This document shows positions 25,938 to 35,000 of a stretch of DNA of 50,069 nt, piece by piece. The first letter of the stretch is position 1. Each line of letters begins with the position of its first letter. Under the pieces are notes generated by a model, which saw only the letters and a program-made list of their open reading frames with translations, was not told the DNA's origin and made no database searches. This DNA is from an uncultured Atopococcus sp. (GTDB taxonomy: Bacteria > Bacillota > Bacilli > Lactobacillales > Carnobacteriaceae_A): assembly GCA_964437675.1 (NCBI GenBank), contig CAYTHW010000003.1, positions 2,836 to 52,904 on the forward strand, written 5' to 3'. The position numbers were made by a program, and so were the translations under genes.

Positions 25938-25979
25938 AAAAAGCTGCCTGTTGTTTTTACATAACAGGCAGCTTTTTTT
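25938..25979. terminator. Bidirectional intrinsic terminator between convergent fda and rluB
   Basis: 14-bp stem AAAAGCTGCCTGTT / AACAGGCAGCTTTT with flanking A- and T-runs. Confidence 0.85.
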
Positions 25980-26691
25980 AGACTTCTCTCAAAGCGGTTA
26001 GTTCATCACCCGTCAGCTCGCGGAACTCCCCTGCTTCCAGGTCTGCCAGTTCCAGCGGACCGTAGCTTGTCCGCTGCAGTTCGACGACGGAATGACCGAC
26101 AGCTTCAAGCATTCTCTTGACTTGATGGTTTCTTCCTTCGTGGATCGACAGAGAGACGAGACTTCTGGCAGGATTCTTCCAGGTTCTCAAGAGCTCGGCC
26201 CGGGCAGGAGCAGTCAGGCCGTCTTCCAGTTCAATGCCCTGTTCGAGTTTGTCGATTGCGCTCTGGTCAACATGACCCAGCACTTTAGCTTCATAGGTTT
26301 TGACGACTTCAAAACTGGGGTGCATCAATTCATGGGTCAATTCACCGTCATTGGTCATGAGGAGGAGGCCGGTCGTATCATAGTCCAGTCTTCCGACAGG
26401 ATACACCCGCTCCGGTACTTCGATGAAATAATCAGCCACAGTCGTCCGCCCTAATTCGTCGGCCAAGGTACTGATGACCTGGGCCGGCTTGTGAAAGAGA
26501 TAGTAAACTTTTTCTTCTGTGTTGATGATTTTACCATCCACTTCGATTTCATCGGCAGGAGAAACTTTCGTTCCGGGACTTTTGACGATTTCTCCGTTTA
26601 CCTTCACCCTGCCCTGGGATATAATCTCTTCGGACTTTCTACGGGAGGCTACTCCTGCATGTGCCATCACTTTTTGTAATCTTTCCATCAC
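25978..26691 (-). CDS. rluB: 23S rRNA pseudouridine synthase, RsuA/RluB family
   Basis: 237 aa. It has an N-terminal S4 domain (RLQKVMAHAGVASRRKSEEIISQGRVKVNG) and the catalytic motif GRLDYDTTGLLLMTNDGEL. Confidence 0.93.
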   Translation of the reverse strand: MMERLQKVMAHAGVASRRKSEEIISQGRVKVNGEIVKSPGTKVSPADEIEVDGKIINTEEKVYYLFHKPAQVISTLADELGRTTVADYFIEVPERVYPVGRLDYDTTGLLLMTNDGELTHELMHPSFEVVKTYEAKVLGHVDQSAIDKLEQGIELEDGLTAPARAELLRTWKNPARSLVSLSIHEGRNHQVKRMLEAVGHSVVELQRTSYGPLELADLEAGEFRELTGDELTALREV

Positions 26692-26697
26692 TTTCCT

Positions 26698-27273
26698 CTA
26701 CTTCTCCTCTCTCACTATCTGAAATGAATCATATAAAATATGTTTGTTTTCCTGGTCTTCAATGAGAAAAATGTCAGACAGATCATCTAAAGAATGTAGA
26801 CCGAAAACATCCAGAAAAGCAGATGTGGTGCTGTATAAGATCGGTCTGCCCGGCGCATCCAGGCGCCCGTCTTCTTTGATCAGATCATGGAGCAGAAGCT
26901 TTTGAATCGGACCTGCAGAAGAAACTCCTCGGATATCTTCGATATCCAGACGGGTCACCGGCTGCTTGCAGGCAATGATAGCCAGTATTTCTAAAGCTGC
27001 CTGGCTCAGCCGGCTGCTGTAAGAAGACTGGGCATATTTTTCTATGAGGGAGCTGTATTCTGGGCGGCTGGCTAATTTATAAGTGCCTGCAGTAAAGATG
27101 ACCTGCAGGGCTGAATCTCTTTCATCCAGCTCCTTCTGCAGGGCTTCTAAGCCCACAGTGAGACTTGCTTCATCTTGTTCCAGGAGACGAGTCAGATCTT
27201 TTAAGCAGAGACCTTCATCGCCTGCCACAAATAAAAGGGCTTCGATCTTTCCCGCATGTGAATCTTTATCCAT
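26698..27273 (-). CDS. scpB: Segregation and condensation protein B
   Basis: IEALLFVAGDEGL ... VTRLDIEDIRGV ... GRLDAPGRPILYSTT are ScpB signatures. The preferred start is ATG 27273 (MDKDSH), with GGTGGTGA upstream. It overlaps the scpA stop in the sequence ATGGATAA. Confidence 0.93.
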   Translation of the reverse strand: MDKDSHAGKIEALLFVAGDEGLCLKDLTRLLEQDEASLTVGLEALQKELDERDSALQVIFTAGTYKLASRPEYSSLIEKYAQSSYSSRLSQAALEILAIIACKQPVTRLDIEDIRGVSSAGPIQKLLLHDLIKEDGRLDAPGRPILYSTTSAFLDVFGLHSLDDLSDIFLIEDQENKHILYDSFQIVREEK

Positions 27274-28033
27274 GATGACTGTCACCACCTATATACTTCA
27301 ATAAAATATCTTCTGCAGGGTCTGCCTGAAAGGCCTGGATGACCCGCTGCTTGATCAATTCCAATAAAGACAAAAAACTCACTACCAGGTGGGAATGATG
27401 AAGAGAGTCGATACACTCTGAAAAATAGAGCGACCGTTCCGGAGCAGCTTTGACTTTACCCTCGATATCCATCATCTTACCCTCTATCGAAATTTCCTCG
27501 GCATCGATCAGGGAATCTGCCGGATGCATCAGCTGATAGCGGCGCTGGGCCCTTAAAAAAGCCTGATGCAGCCGGTCAGGATCTATGCTGCCGGATTCCA
27601 AAGGAACCTTTTCATTATAATGACTCAGGTCACTGGGTTCTTTAGTATAAATTGATTGTCTTTTCTCCTGCCTGCCTTTCAGCTGTTCAGCGACATCTTT
27701 GTAGAACTGATATTCCACCAGCATATCCGTGAGCGGCTGTCTCGGGTCATAAATGTCCTCTTCTTCGACAGACTGCGGATCTATTCTCGGAATCAGCCAT
27801 TCACTTTTTATGGCCATGAGAGTAGAAGCCATGACTAAAAATTCTCCGGCCAGTGACAACTGCTGGTTTTTCATTTCTTTGATATAGGAGACATACTGAT
27901 TGGTCACTTCAGCGATGGGGATATCATAGATATCTACTTCTAATTTTTTGATTAAATGCAAAAGAAGGTCGAGAGGACCTTCAAAGTGTTCTAGTTTTAT
28001 TTCCAAATGATTTGACATAGTATCCTTATCCAT
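27266..28033 (-). CDS. scpA: Segregation and condensation protein A (kleisin)
   Basis: LEHFEGPLDLLLHLIKKLEVDIYDIPIAEVTNQY is the canonical ScpA N-terminus. The start is uncertain (ATG 28033 or 28018). The track start 28066 would overlap ribT by 41 nt. Confidence 0.92.
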   Translation of the reverse strand: MDKDTMSNHLEIKLEHFEGPLDLLLHLIKKLEVDIYDIPIAEVTNQYVSYIKEMKNQQLSLAGEFLVMASTLMAIKSEWLIPRIDPQSVEEEDIYDPRQPLTDMLVEYQFYKDVAEQLKGRQEKRQSIYTKEPSDLSHYNEKVPLESGSIDPDRLHQAFLRAQRRYQLMHPADSLIDAEEISIEGKMMDIEGKVKAAPERSLYFSECIDSLHHSHLVVSFLSLLELIKQRVIQAFQADPAEDILLKYIGGDSHHG

Positions 28034-28400
28034 TAGAGACACGGCTTTGGTGCCACTCAAGTACAAAATCTTTAGTTTCTAAAGTACTCGTGATGACCTG
28101 GTCACTGTAAAGGTCCTGCAGATCATCCAGCATTCTAAGTAAGTAGCCTTCATCACGGTAAGAGGGATTCAGCGTAGCTACGCGGATCAAGATCAACTGG
28201 TCTTCCGTTTCTTCGATACCTAATAAGCCGATATAGTCACTGTTCATATCTTCTTTATATAAAAATAGTCTGCGGTCGTCTTCCTGGTCGTACCAGTCCA
28301 GAGTATCTAAAATATCCTGAGTCGATTGACAGGCAGCCGAATAGGAGAGCAAGCCCATCGCTATTTTATTACTGCTATCAGTTTTCGTTTGGGTCAGCAT
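28026..28400 (-). CDS. ribT: RibT-like GNAT-fold protein
   Basis: NKIAMGLLSY ... RRLFLYKEDMNSDYIGLLGIEE ... IRVATLNPSYRDEGYLLRML resembles B. subtilis RibT, which also lies immediately upstream of scpA. The preferred start is ATG 28400 (MLTQTK), with GGAGG at 5 nt. Confidence 0.75.
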   Translation of the reverse strand: MLTQTKTDSSNKIAMGLLSYSAACQSTQDILDTLDWYDQEDDRRLFLYKEDMNSDYIGLLGIEETEDQLILIRVATLNPSYRDEGYLLRMLDDLQDLYSDQVITSTLETKDFVLEWHQSRVSNG

Positions 28401-28466
28401 ACGCGCCTCCATTTCTAACTTCATTACTCAAGCACCTACTATACCATAGTTGGATGTCTCTTTCCA

Positions 28467-29360
28467 TCAGGATCTAGGATGATACTTATTATATTCCTCG
28501 GTCAGCCGGTCTTTAGACAGCTTGGTATAAATCTGTGTGGTAGAAATATCGGAATGCCCCAGAAGTTCCTGGACAACTCTTACATCGGCCCCATTCTCTA
28601 TGATATGGCTGGCAAAGGAATGCCTTAAGGTATGGGGGGAGATATTTTTATCGATTCCTGCTTCTCCTGCCATCTTCTTGATACTCTTCCAGACCCCCTG
28701 CCTGGTCAGGGCCTCTCCCATATAATTCAAGAAAACCTGAGGAACTCTTCCGCTGTTTTTCTCGGCTAAAAGAGGCCTGGCTTCATCCAGATAGCGCAGC
28801 AGCCATTCTTTGGCGACAGATCCCAGGGGAATCATCCGCGACCGGCTGCCCCTTCCAAGTGTCTGGATAAAATCCATCTCCAGATGCAGGTCCTCCAGGG
28901 ACAAGTCGATCACTTCACTGATCCGCATCCCTGTGGCATACATCACTTCCAGGAGGGCCCGGTCACGCTGACCCAGGGGTGTCGAAGTATCCGGCACTTC
29001 CAGCAGGTCCTCTACTTCTTCCAGGCTGATGATGTCAGGCAGGCTTTTCTGCTTTTTAGGCGGATCAATATACTGCATCGGGTCTTTGCGAATGATCTCT
29101 TCCCGGCTCAAATAGTCGAAATAGCCCCGCAAACTGGATATCATCCGGATCAAGGTGTTGTTTGACCTGCCGTTCTCTTTGAGATAGTCTAAAAAATTTA
29201 AGAGGTCATAGCGGTCCACTTTTTGGACAGGACCCAAATGGTTTCTTTCTAAATAATCATTAAATTGAAGGAGATCTCTCTCATAAGAAATAACGGTATT
29301 GTGTGAACGTTTCTTTTCGTTTTTTACATAAGTGAGATAGTTTTCAATTTGTTCTTCCAT
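28467..29360 (-). CDS. xerD: Tyrosine site-specific recombinase XerD (chromosome dimer resolution)
   Basis: 297 aa. It has an N-terminal SAM-like core-binding domain. All catalytic signatures are present: ATGMRISE (Arg), HTLRHSFASH (His-x-x-Arg) and LGHSDISTTQIYT (His...Tyr). No attachment-site repeats or cargo genes flank it. Confidence 0.88.
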   Translation of the reverse strand: MEEQIENYLTYVKNEKKRSHNTVISYERDLLQFNDYLERNHLGPVQKVDRYDLLNFLDYLKENGRSNNTLIRMISSLRGYFDYLSREEIIRKDPMQYIDPPKKQKSLPDIISLEEVEDLLEVPDTSTPLGQRDRALLEVMYATGMRISEVIDLSLEDLHLEMDFIQTLGRGSRSRMIPLGSVAKEWLLRYLDEARPLLAEKNSGRVPQVFLNYMGEALTRQGVWKSIKKMAGEAGIDKNISPHTLRHSFASHIIENGADVRVVQELLGHSDISTTQIYTKLSKDRLTEEYNKYHPRS

Positions 29361-29368
29361 GATGAATT

Positions 29369-30247
29369 CTACTCTTCCGCCTCTTCGGTTTCAATCTCTC
29401 TAATCAGATGAGTATAGCCGTCTTCCTGTTTGACGATTCCCATCTTCATCAAGCGGCCGACCGAGCGTTTGAACTGCCCCTTGCTGATACCGAAGAAGTT
29501 CTGGATCTCTTCAGGCTTACTTTTATCCGTATAAGGAATCTTCTGGCCCGATGATCTCTTCAAGACTTGATAAATTAAAGCGGCATCCTGCTCGAGAACT
29601 TCATGGGCACGCGGAAAGAGTGAAATGTTGACGCTTCCCTCCGGATGGACGACGATGATTCTTCCTTCGATTTCCTCACCCAGTCTCGGCTCTCTTGGAC
29701 GTTCATTCGGGTGGATAAAACCTAAAAATTTCTGGTCGGTCAAGACATAGGATCCCGCCACCTTGGTAGAATAGACGACACCTGTCACATCATCATTGTG
29801 ATTTTCCGGCTTCGCCCGTCTACTCTGAGCAACGATGAGGCTTTCATCTGCAATCTTACCCCACATACGATTTTGGTTGTCTACCGTCAGTTCAATATAT
29901 AATTTGCAGCCTTTATCGGGCCAGATGTGAGTTTCTAAAGGAAGGTCGTCCAGAGAGACGACTATATCTTTATCTTCCAGGCCGATATCCACGAAGACTC
30001 CCAGGTCACGGCGGGACTTGATTACCTCTCCCCAGCCGTATTTACCTACTTGAATCTCCGGCGGATTGACGGTCATCTTGTATTTGTCATTTCTATTGAT
30101 ATAGACAAAACCCTGCACCGTATCTCCGATTTCAGCATCGACCGGCTCATTGACTTCATAAGTAATTCCTGACTTTTGGACATAGGTTTTTTTATCCGTC
30201 TTTTCTGTGACGATCCCCGTCACAACGTGTCCTAATTCTTCTATCAT
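29369..30247 (-). CDS. cvfB: S1-domain RNA-binding protein CvfB/YitL family
   Basis: 292 aa. It has three S1-like OB folds (e.g. GEVIKSRRDLGVFVDIG) and a C-terminal winged-helix (FGISKGQFKRSVGRLMKMGIV). Confidence 0.85.
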   Translation of the reverse strand: MIEELGHVVTGIVTEKTDKKTYVQKSGITYEVNEPVDAEIGDTVQGFVYINRNDKYKMTVNPPEIQVGKYGWGEVIKSRRDLGVFVDIGLEDKDIVVSLDDLPLETHIWPDKGCKLYIELTVDNQNRMWGKIADESLIVAQSRRAKPENHNDDVTGVVYSTKVAGSYVLTDQKFLGFIHPNERPREPRLGEEIEGRIIVVHPEGSVNISLFPRAHEVLEQDAALIYQVLKRSSGQKIPYTDKSKPEEIQNFFGISKGQFKRSVGRLMKMGIVKQEDGYTHLIREIETEEAEE

Positions 30248-30262
30248 TTTTTACACTCTCTT

Positions 30263-32020
30263 CTAAATAGTTTTTGCTTTTCCAGCATACACAATTCCAC
30301 GGCGGGAATCTAAAGTAATTAATTGGTTGTCTTCGATAAGCTTGGTGGCATCTGCAGCCCCGATGATCAAGGGCTTGCCTAATTCTAAAGCCATAATGGC
30401 CGTATGACCGGTCAGTCCGCCTTTTTCAGCGATGATTCCTGAACATGTTTTCATGGCCGGCAGGTATTCACGGTCCGTCGATTTAAGGACGAGGATGCAG
30501 TCTTCAGCTGCTTTCTGCTGGGCTTCATCAGCATCTTTGACCACCCGTGCGGTTCCTGTCACGGCCTTGCTTCCGATGCCCTGGCCCTGGAGAATCTGCT
30601 GGTTAAGAGTTTGAATACGCATCAAGTTGGTCGTTCCGGGTTCGCCTATCGGAACTCCCGCTGTCGTGATGAACATAGTGCCCGGTTCAACATAGCCGTA
30701 TTCTTCGACTAATTCTGCGGCAGCCTGGAACATGTCATCCGTAGATTCCGGCAGTTCTGTCACGATCGCCTGGGTGCCCCATAAAAGAGACAGGGTCCGG
30801 GCCACTTCTTTCGTAAAGGTGATCGCCACGATCTGAGCTTTGGGTCTATACTTAGCAATCATGCGGGCAGTATAGCCGGAATCCGTATTGGCTACGATAG
30901 TCGTGATTGCCAGATTTTTAGCGGTATGTGCCACCGCCTGGCCGATCGCCTCGGTCATATCCTGCCGGTCGAAAGAATCGGTATATTTGCGGTTGGAATA
31001 ATCGATCGCTTCTTCGGTACTCAAGGCGATGCGGTGCATCGTCTCTACAGCTTCGACCGGATATCTGCCGGAGGCTGTTTCACCCGACAACATGACGGCA
31101 TCTGTCCCGTCGTAGATCGCATTGGCTACATCATTTGCTTCTGCCCGGGTGGGTCTTGGATTCCACTGCATAGAATCCAGCATCTGGGTCGCTGTGATGA
31201 CAGGCTTGCCTGCCCGGTTACTTTTCAAGATCAGCTCTTTTTGCACGATCGGTACTCTTTCGGGAGCTATTTCTACACCTAAGTCTCCGCGGGCAACCAT
31301 CAGGCCGTCTGCGACACTCAGAATATCATCGATATTATTAACACCTTCCTGATTTTCTATTTTGGGAATGATGCCGACATGCTCATGATTGGTATGCTTG
31401 AGTATTTCACGGATTTCCAAGACCCCTTCTGCACTCCGGACAAAGCTCGGTGCGATGAAATTTACCCCGTTAAATAAACCGAAATGGATATCTTCATAAT
31501 CCTTCTCGGTCAGATGAGGCAGCTGAAGATTCATCTGGGGAATATTGACACCTTTTTTATCCCGGATGATCCCCTGGCTTAAAGCGACCGTATGGATGAG
31601 CCCTTTCTCCCTGTCCAGGTCCTTTACTTCCAGTTCAATCAAGCCGTCATCAATCAAAATGTGAGTTCCGACTTCGATTTCATCGATGAGGTCAGAATAG
31701 GTCACAGAAAACATTCCTTCTGCTCCCAGCACTTCTTCCATGCTGATGACGATTTCATCATCGACTTTAACCTCGAATTCACCGTCCTGCATCTTATGCG
31801 TTCGTATTTCAGGTCCCTTCGTATCGAGCATGATACCGACCCATTTACCTTTAATTTCCTCGGCTTTTCGAATATTTTGGATCGTCTTTAGGTGGGACTC
31901 GTGATCACCATGAGAAAAATTTAAACGGGCAACATTCATCCCTGCATCGATGAGCTGGCACAGTGTCTCGACATCGTTACTGACCGGACCAATGGTACAG
32001 ACAATTTTAGTTTTACGCAT
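30263..32020 (-). CDS. pyk: Pyruvate kinase with a C-terminal PEP-utilizer (PEPut) extra domain
   Basis: MRKTKIVCTIGP..., NVARLNFSHGDH, GIMLDTKGPEIR, MVARGDLGVEI and ATQMLDSM are PK signatures. The C-terminal GGLTGHTAIMALELGKP is the phosphohistidine-type swivel domain found in Bacilli PKs. The preferred start is ATG 32020, with GGGAG at 7 nt. Confidence 0.96.
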   Translation of the reverse strand: MRKTKIVCTIGPVSNDVETLCQLIDAGMNVARLNFSHGDHESHLKTIQNIRKAEEIKGKWVGIMLDTKGPEIRTHKMQDGEFEVKVDDEIVISMEEVLGAEGMFSVTYSDLIDEIEVGTHILIDDGLIELEVKDLDREKGLIHTVALSQGIIRDKKGVNIPQMNLQLPHLTEKDYEDIHFGLFNGVNFIAPSFVRSAEGVLEIREILKHTNHEHVGIIPKIENQEGVNNIDDILSVADGLMVARGDLGVEIAPERVPIVQKELILKSNRAGKPVITATQMLDSMQWNPRPTRAEANDVANAIYDGTDAVMLSGETASGRYPVEAVETMHRIALSTEEAIDYSNRKYTDSFDRQDMTEAIGQAVAHTAKNLAITTIVANTDSGYTARMIAKYRPKAQIVAITFTKEVARTLSLLWGTQAIVTELPESTDDMFQAAAELVEEYGYVEPGTMFITTAGVPIGEPGTTNLMRIQTLNQQILQGQGIGSKAVTGTARVVKDADEAQQKAAEDCILVLKSTDREYLPAMKTCSGIIAEKGGLTGHTAIMALELGKPLIIGAADATKLIEDNQLITLDSRRGIVYAGKAKTI

Positions 32021-32052
32021 AATAGTGCTCCCTTCTCTTGTATAACTTCTTA

Positions 32053-32081
32053 ATTTTACCATTTTTGACGGGAAATGTCCC
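32053..32081 (-). promoter_or_regulatory. Candidate promoter of pyk, inside the 63-nt dnaE-pyk spacer
   Basis: The minus strand has TGgTAAAAT (extended -10, 32053-32061). A GGGACA -35-like hexamer sits at 17-nt spacing (32076-32081). Confidence 0.4.
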
Positions 32082-32083
32082 TG

Positions 32084-35000
32084 CTATTTGGTCAGAGCTA
32101 CGTTCTTTTCACCCAATAAATCCTCCAATAAAGCCAGACTTTGGTCATTGGCCTTGATCCAGAGATGCCTTTTCAGCCGGACAGTTTTTTTACTGTCCTC
32201 AAAATGAATGTAGACAGGTGTATAACCAGGAAAACGTTTGATAATCTGCTCGATTCGAAAGGAAAGGTCTTCCTGAAAAGAGCTCACCCTCAAGAAGAGC
32301 TGACAGGCGGTCATCTCATGGTGGATTTTTTCTGCATCCTCCACCTGAGCGACCTGCACACTCCAGGCACCTTTTCTCTGTTCAATCTTACCAAGAATCT
32401 GGTAAGTCTTCCCTCTTTCTATCTCTTTGATATATTGTCGGTAGACTCGGGGAAAGAGGGTCAGGGAGATAAAGCCACTGGGATCTGACGCCGTCACAAA
32501 GGCCATAGGTTCGCCGTTCTTCGTCTGAATTCCTTTGATATTGTGGACAGTCACGAGAAGACGGGCAGTGAGGCCGGGCCGGCCTTCCGCTATATAGCGG
32601 ATATCATTAGACAGTCGCAGAGCCGCATACTCTTCACTGGGATGGTCGCTGAAGATGAAGTCTGTATGCCCGTATTCCTGTTCTATCTTTTCCAGAATCG
32701 GCCGGTCTTCACTTTCGATATAGTGCGGGCTGAATATTTCACCTAAAGTGGCGGTAAAACGGCCGCTTTCTATATTAGTCAAAATACTCTCGATCGACTG
32801 AAGCAGCGTACCGCGGTTTTGTCTGAATTCATCAAAAACACCTGTCTGGATCAACAGTTCCAGCTGCTCGGGGATGAGAAAGTTTTCATCTATTTTCCGG
32901 CAGAAATCAATGAAATCTTGGTAAAGTCCCTTTTCATAACGACTGGAGATGATCTCTTCCGCAAAGCCGCGTTTCAGCTGCTTAATCTGGCTGAAGCCCA
33001 GACGTATTCCCTCTGAATCTCTGTAGTAATTGCGGTAGGAGCGGTTGACACTCGGTCTGAGTATCTTGATTCTTTTCTCTGTCAATTCTTTAAGATAAAG
33101 TTCTTCTTTCTGGCTGGACGCAGACCGCAGGACAGCTGTATAGAAGGCCGGCGGGAAATGGGCCTTCAGATAAGCCAGCTGGTAGGCGATCTTAGAATAA
33201 GCAACCGCATGGGAGCGGTTGAAACCGTAGTCCGCAAAACGTTCGATCAAGAGATAGACGTGCTGGGCTTCTTCCTGGCTGTAGCCATTGGCCATGGCCC
33301 CTGTCAAGAAGCGCTCCCGCTGTTCCTCTAAAATGTGTCGGTCTTTTTTACTGATAGCCCGTCTGAACAAGTCCGCCTCTCCCAGAGAGTAACCGGCAAA
33401 CTGCTGGACGATACGCATAATCTGTTCTTGATAGATGATAATGCCATAGGTCCGCTCTAAAATGCCTCTTAAATCCGGATGGAGATAGTCGACCTCTTCC
33501 TCCCCCTTTTTCCGGCTGATATAGGAGCTGATCTCATTCATCGGTCCCGGCCGGTAGAGGGCGATGACCGCAACGATATCTTCAAATTCTGTCGGCTGCA
33601 GGCGGCTGAGCACCCGCTTCATCCCGTCCGATTCAAATTGGAAAATACCATTGGTATCTGCTCTTTGAAAGATTCCAAAACTCTCTTCATCATCGAATGG
33701 AATCCGGCTGATCTCAAAGTCAGGCTGCTCCATCCGGGAAAAATAGAGGGCATCATTGAGAATCGTCAAATTTTTCAAACCCAGAATATCAAACTTGAGT
33801 AAGCCCAGGGTTTCCAGATCGTCCATGGCATACTGAGTCTGCATCAGGTCATTGATGCCTCCCTGGAGGGGGACGATTTCGGTCAGGGCCTGGTCGCTGA
33901 TCACGATACCGGAGGCATGGGTAGAGATATTTCTAGGCAGCCCTTCTATCTTGACGGCGATGCGGTAAATGAACTGGTTGAAGGGAGAAGCTTTGATCCG
34001 CTGCACAAAGTCTTTCGATTCTTTCTGGGCTTCTGCCAGGCTGATCTTGGGCTTGGACGGAATACTTTGTGACCAGGCCGATAATTCTTCCTGGGGCAGC
34101 CCGAAAACCCGGCCGGTATCGCGTACCGCCTGCTTGGCACCCAGGCTGCCGAACGTCACGATTTGAGCGACGTGGCTGGAACCGTAGCGCTTTTGGATGT
34201 AGTCCAGGATGATCTGCCGCTTGTTATCCGGAAAATCCAGGTCGATATCCGGCGGTGAATAACGCTCGCTGTTGAGAAAACGCTCGAAAATCAGATCATA
34301 TGCAATCGGATCGACATCGATGATATCTAAAGCATAGGCGACAAGAGATCCGGCAGCAGAACCCCGGCCCGGTCCTGTCTGTATCTTTTGATTTTTGGCA
34401 AAAAGCATGATGTCCCAGACGATCAGAAAATAATCAGAAAAGCCCATCTCTTCGATGACACCGAGTTCTTTTTCCAGCCGGCTGACATAGTCCTCCCCGG
34501 TCAAACCTTTCACCTGCAGGCCTTCATAACTTTTCTCGACGAGCAGTTGATGGCTGCTCTTGCCGTCTGGTGCATGAAATTTAGGCAGGCGTTTTTCATT
34601 CAAAGGCAGGTCCAGCTGGCAGGCGGCTGCCAGCTTCTCCGTCTCCTGGACAGCTTCGGCCAAACCTGCCTGCAGATAACCTGATTTTATCTCGGCGATT
34701 TCATCCAGGGCAAATTCATGAGGAATTTTTTGAAGCTCTCTGCGCTCCTGATAATCCAACTGACTTTTGTCCTGGATGGCCTGCAGGACGAGCCGGGCAT
34801 CCAGATCCTGTTTTTTCTCATAGGAAAAATGATCAAAGGCAAGCAGGGGATGGCCCGCTTCTCTGACTTCGGGATGACGGGAGAGCAGCTGGAGATCTAT
34901 CCCCAGATAAACCGGCTGCTTAACAGCTGAAAGAAGATCCATCACCGGGCGGAAATCCTGGCAGGGAGTTTCACCCACCTGGGTAGTCTGGAGAGCAAAA

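Noticed and set aside
28467-29360. Tyrosine recombinase, considered as a possible integrase marking a mobile element
   Set aside because: It has the XerD-type length and motifs and is embedded between cvfB and ribT-scpAB in a housekeeping array. No flanking direct repeats, tRNA target or cargo genes are present, so it is the chromosomal dimer-resolution recombinase.
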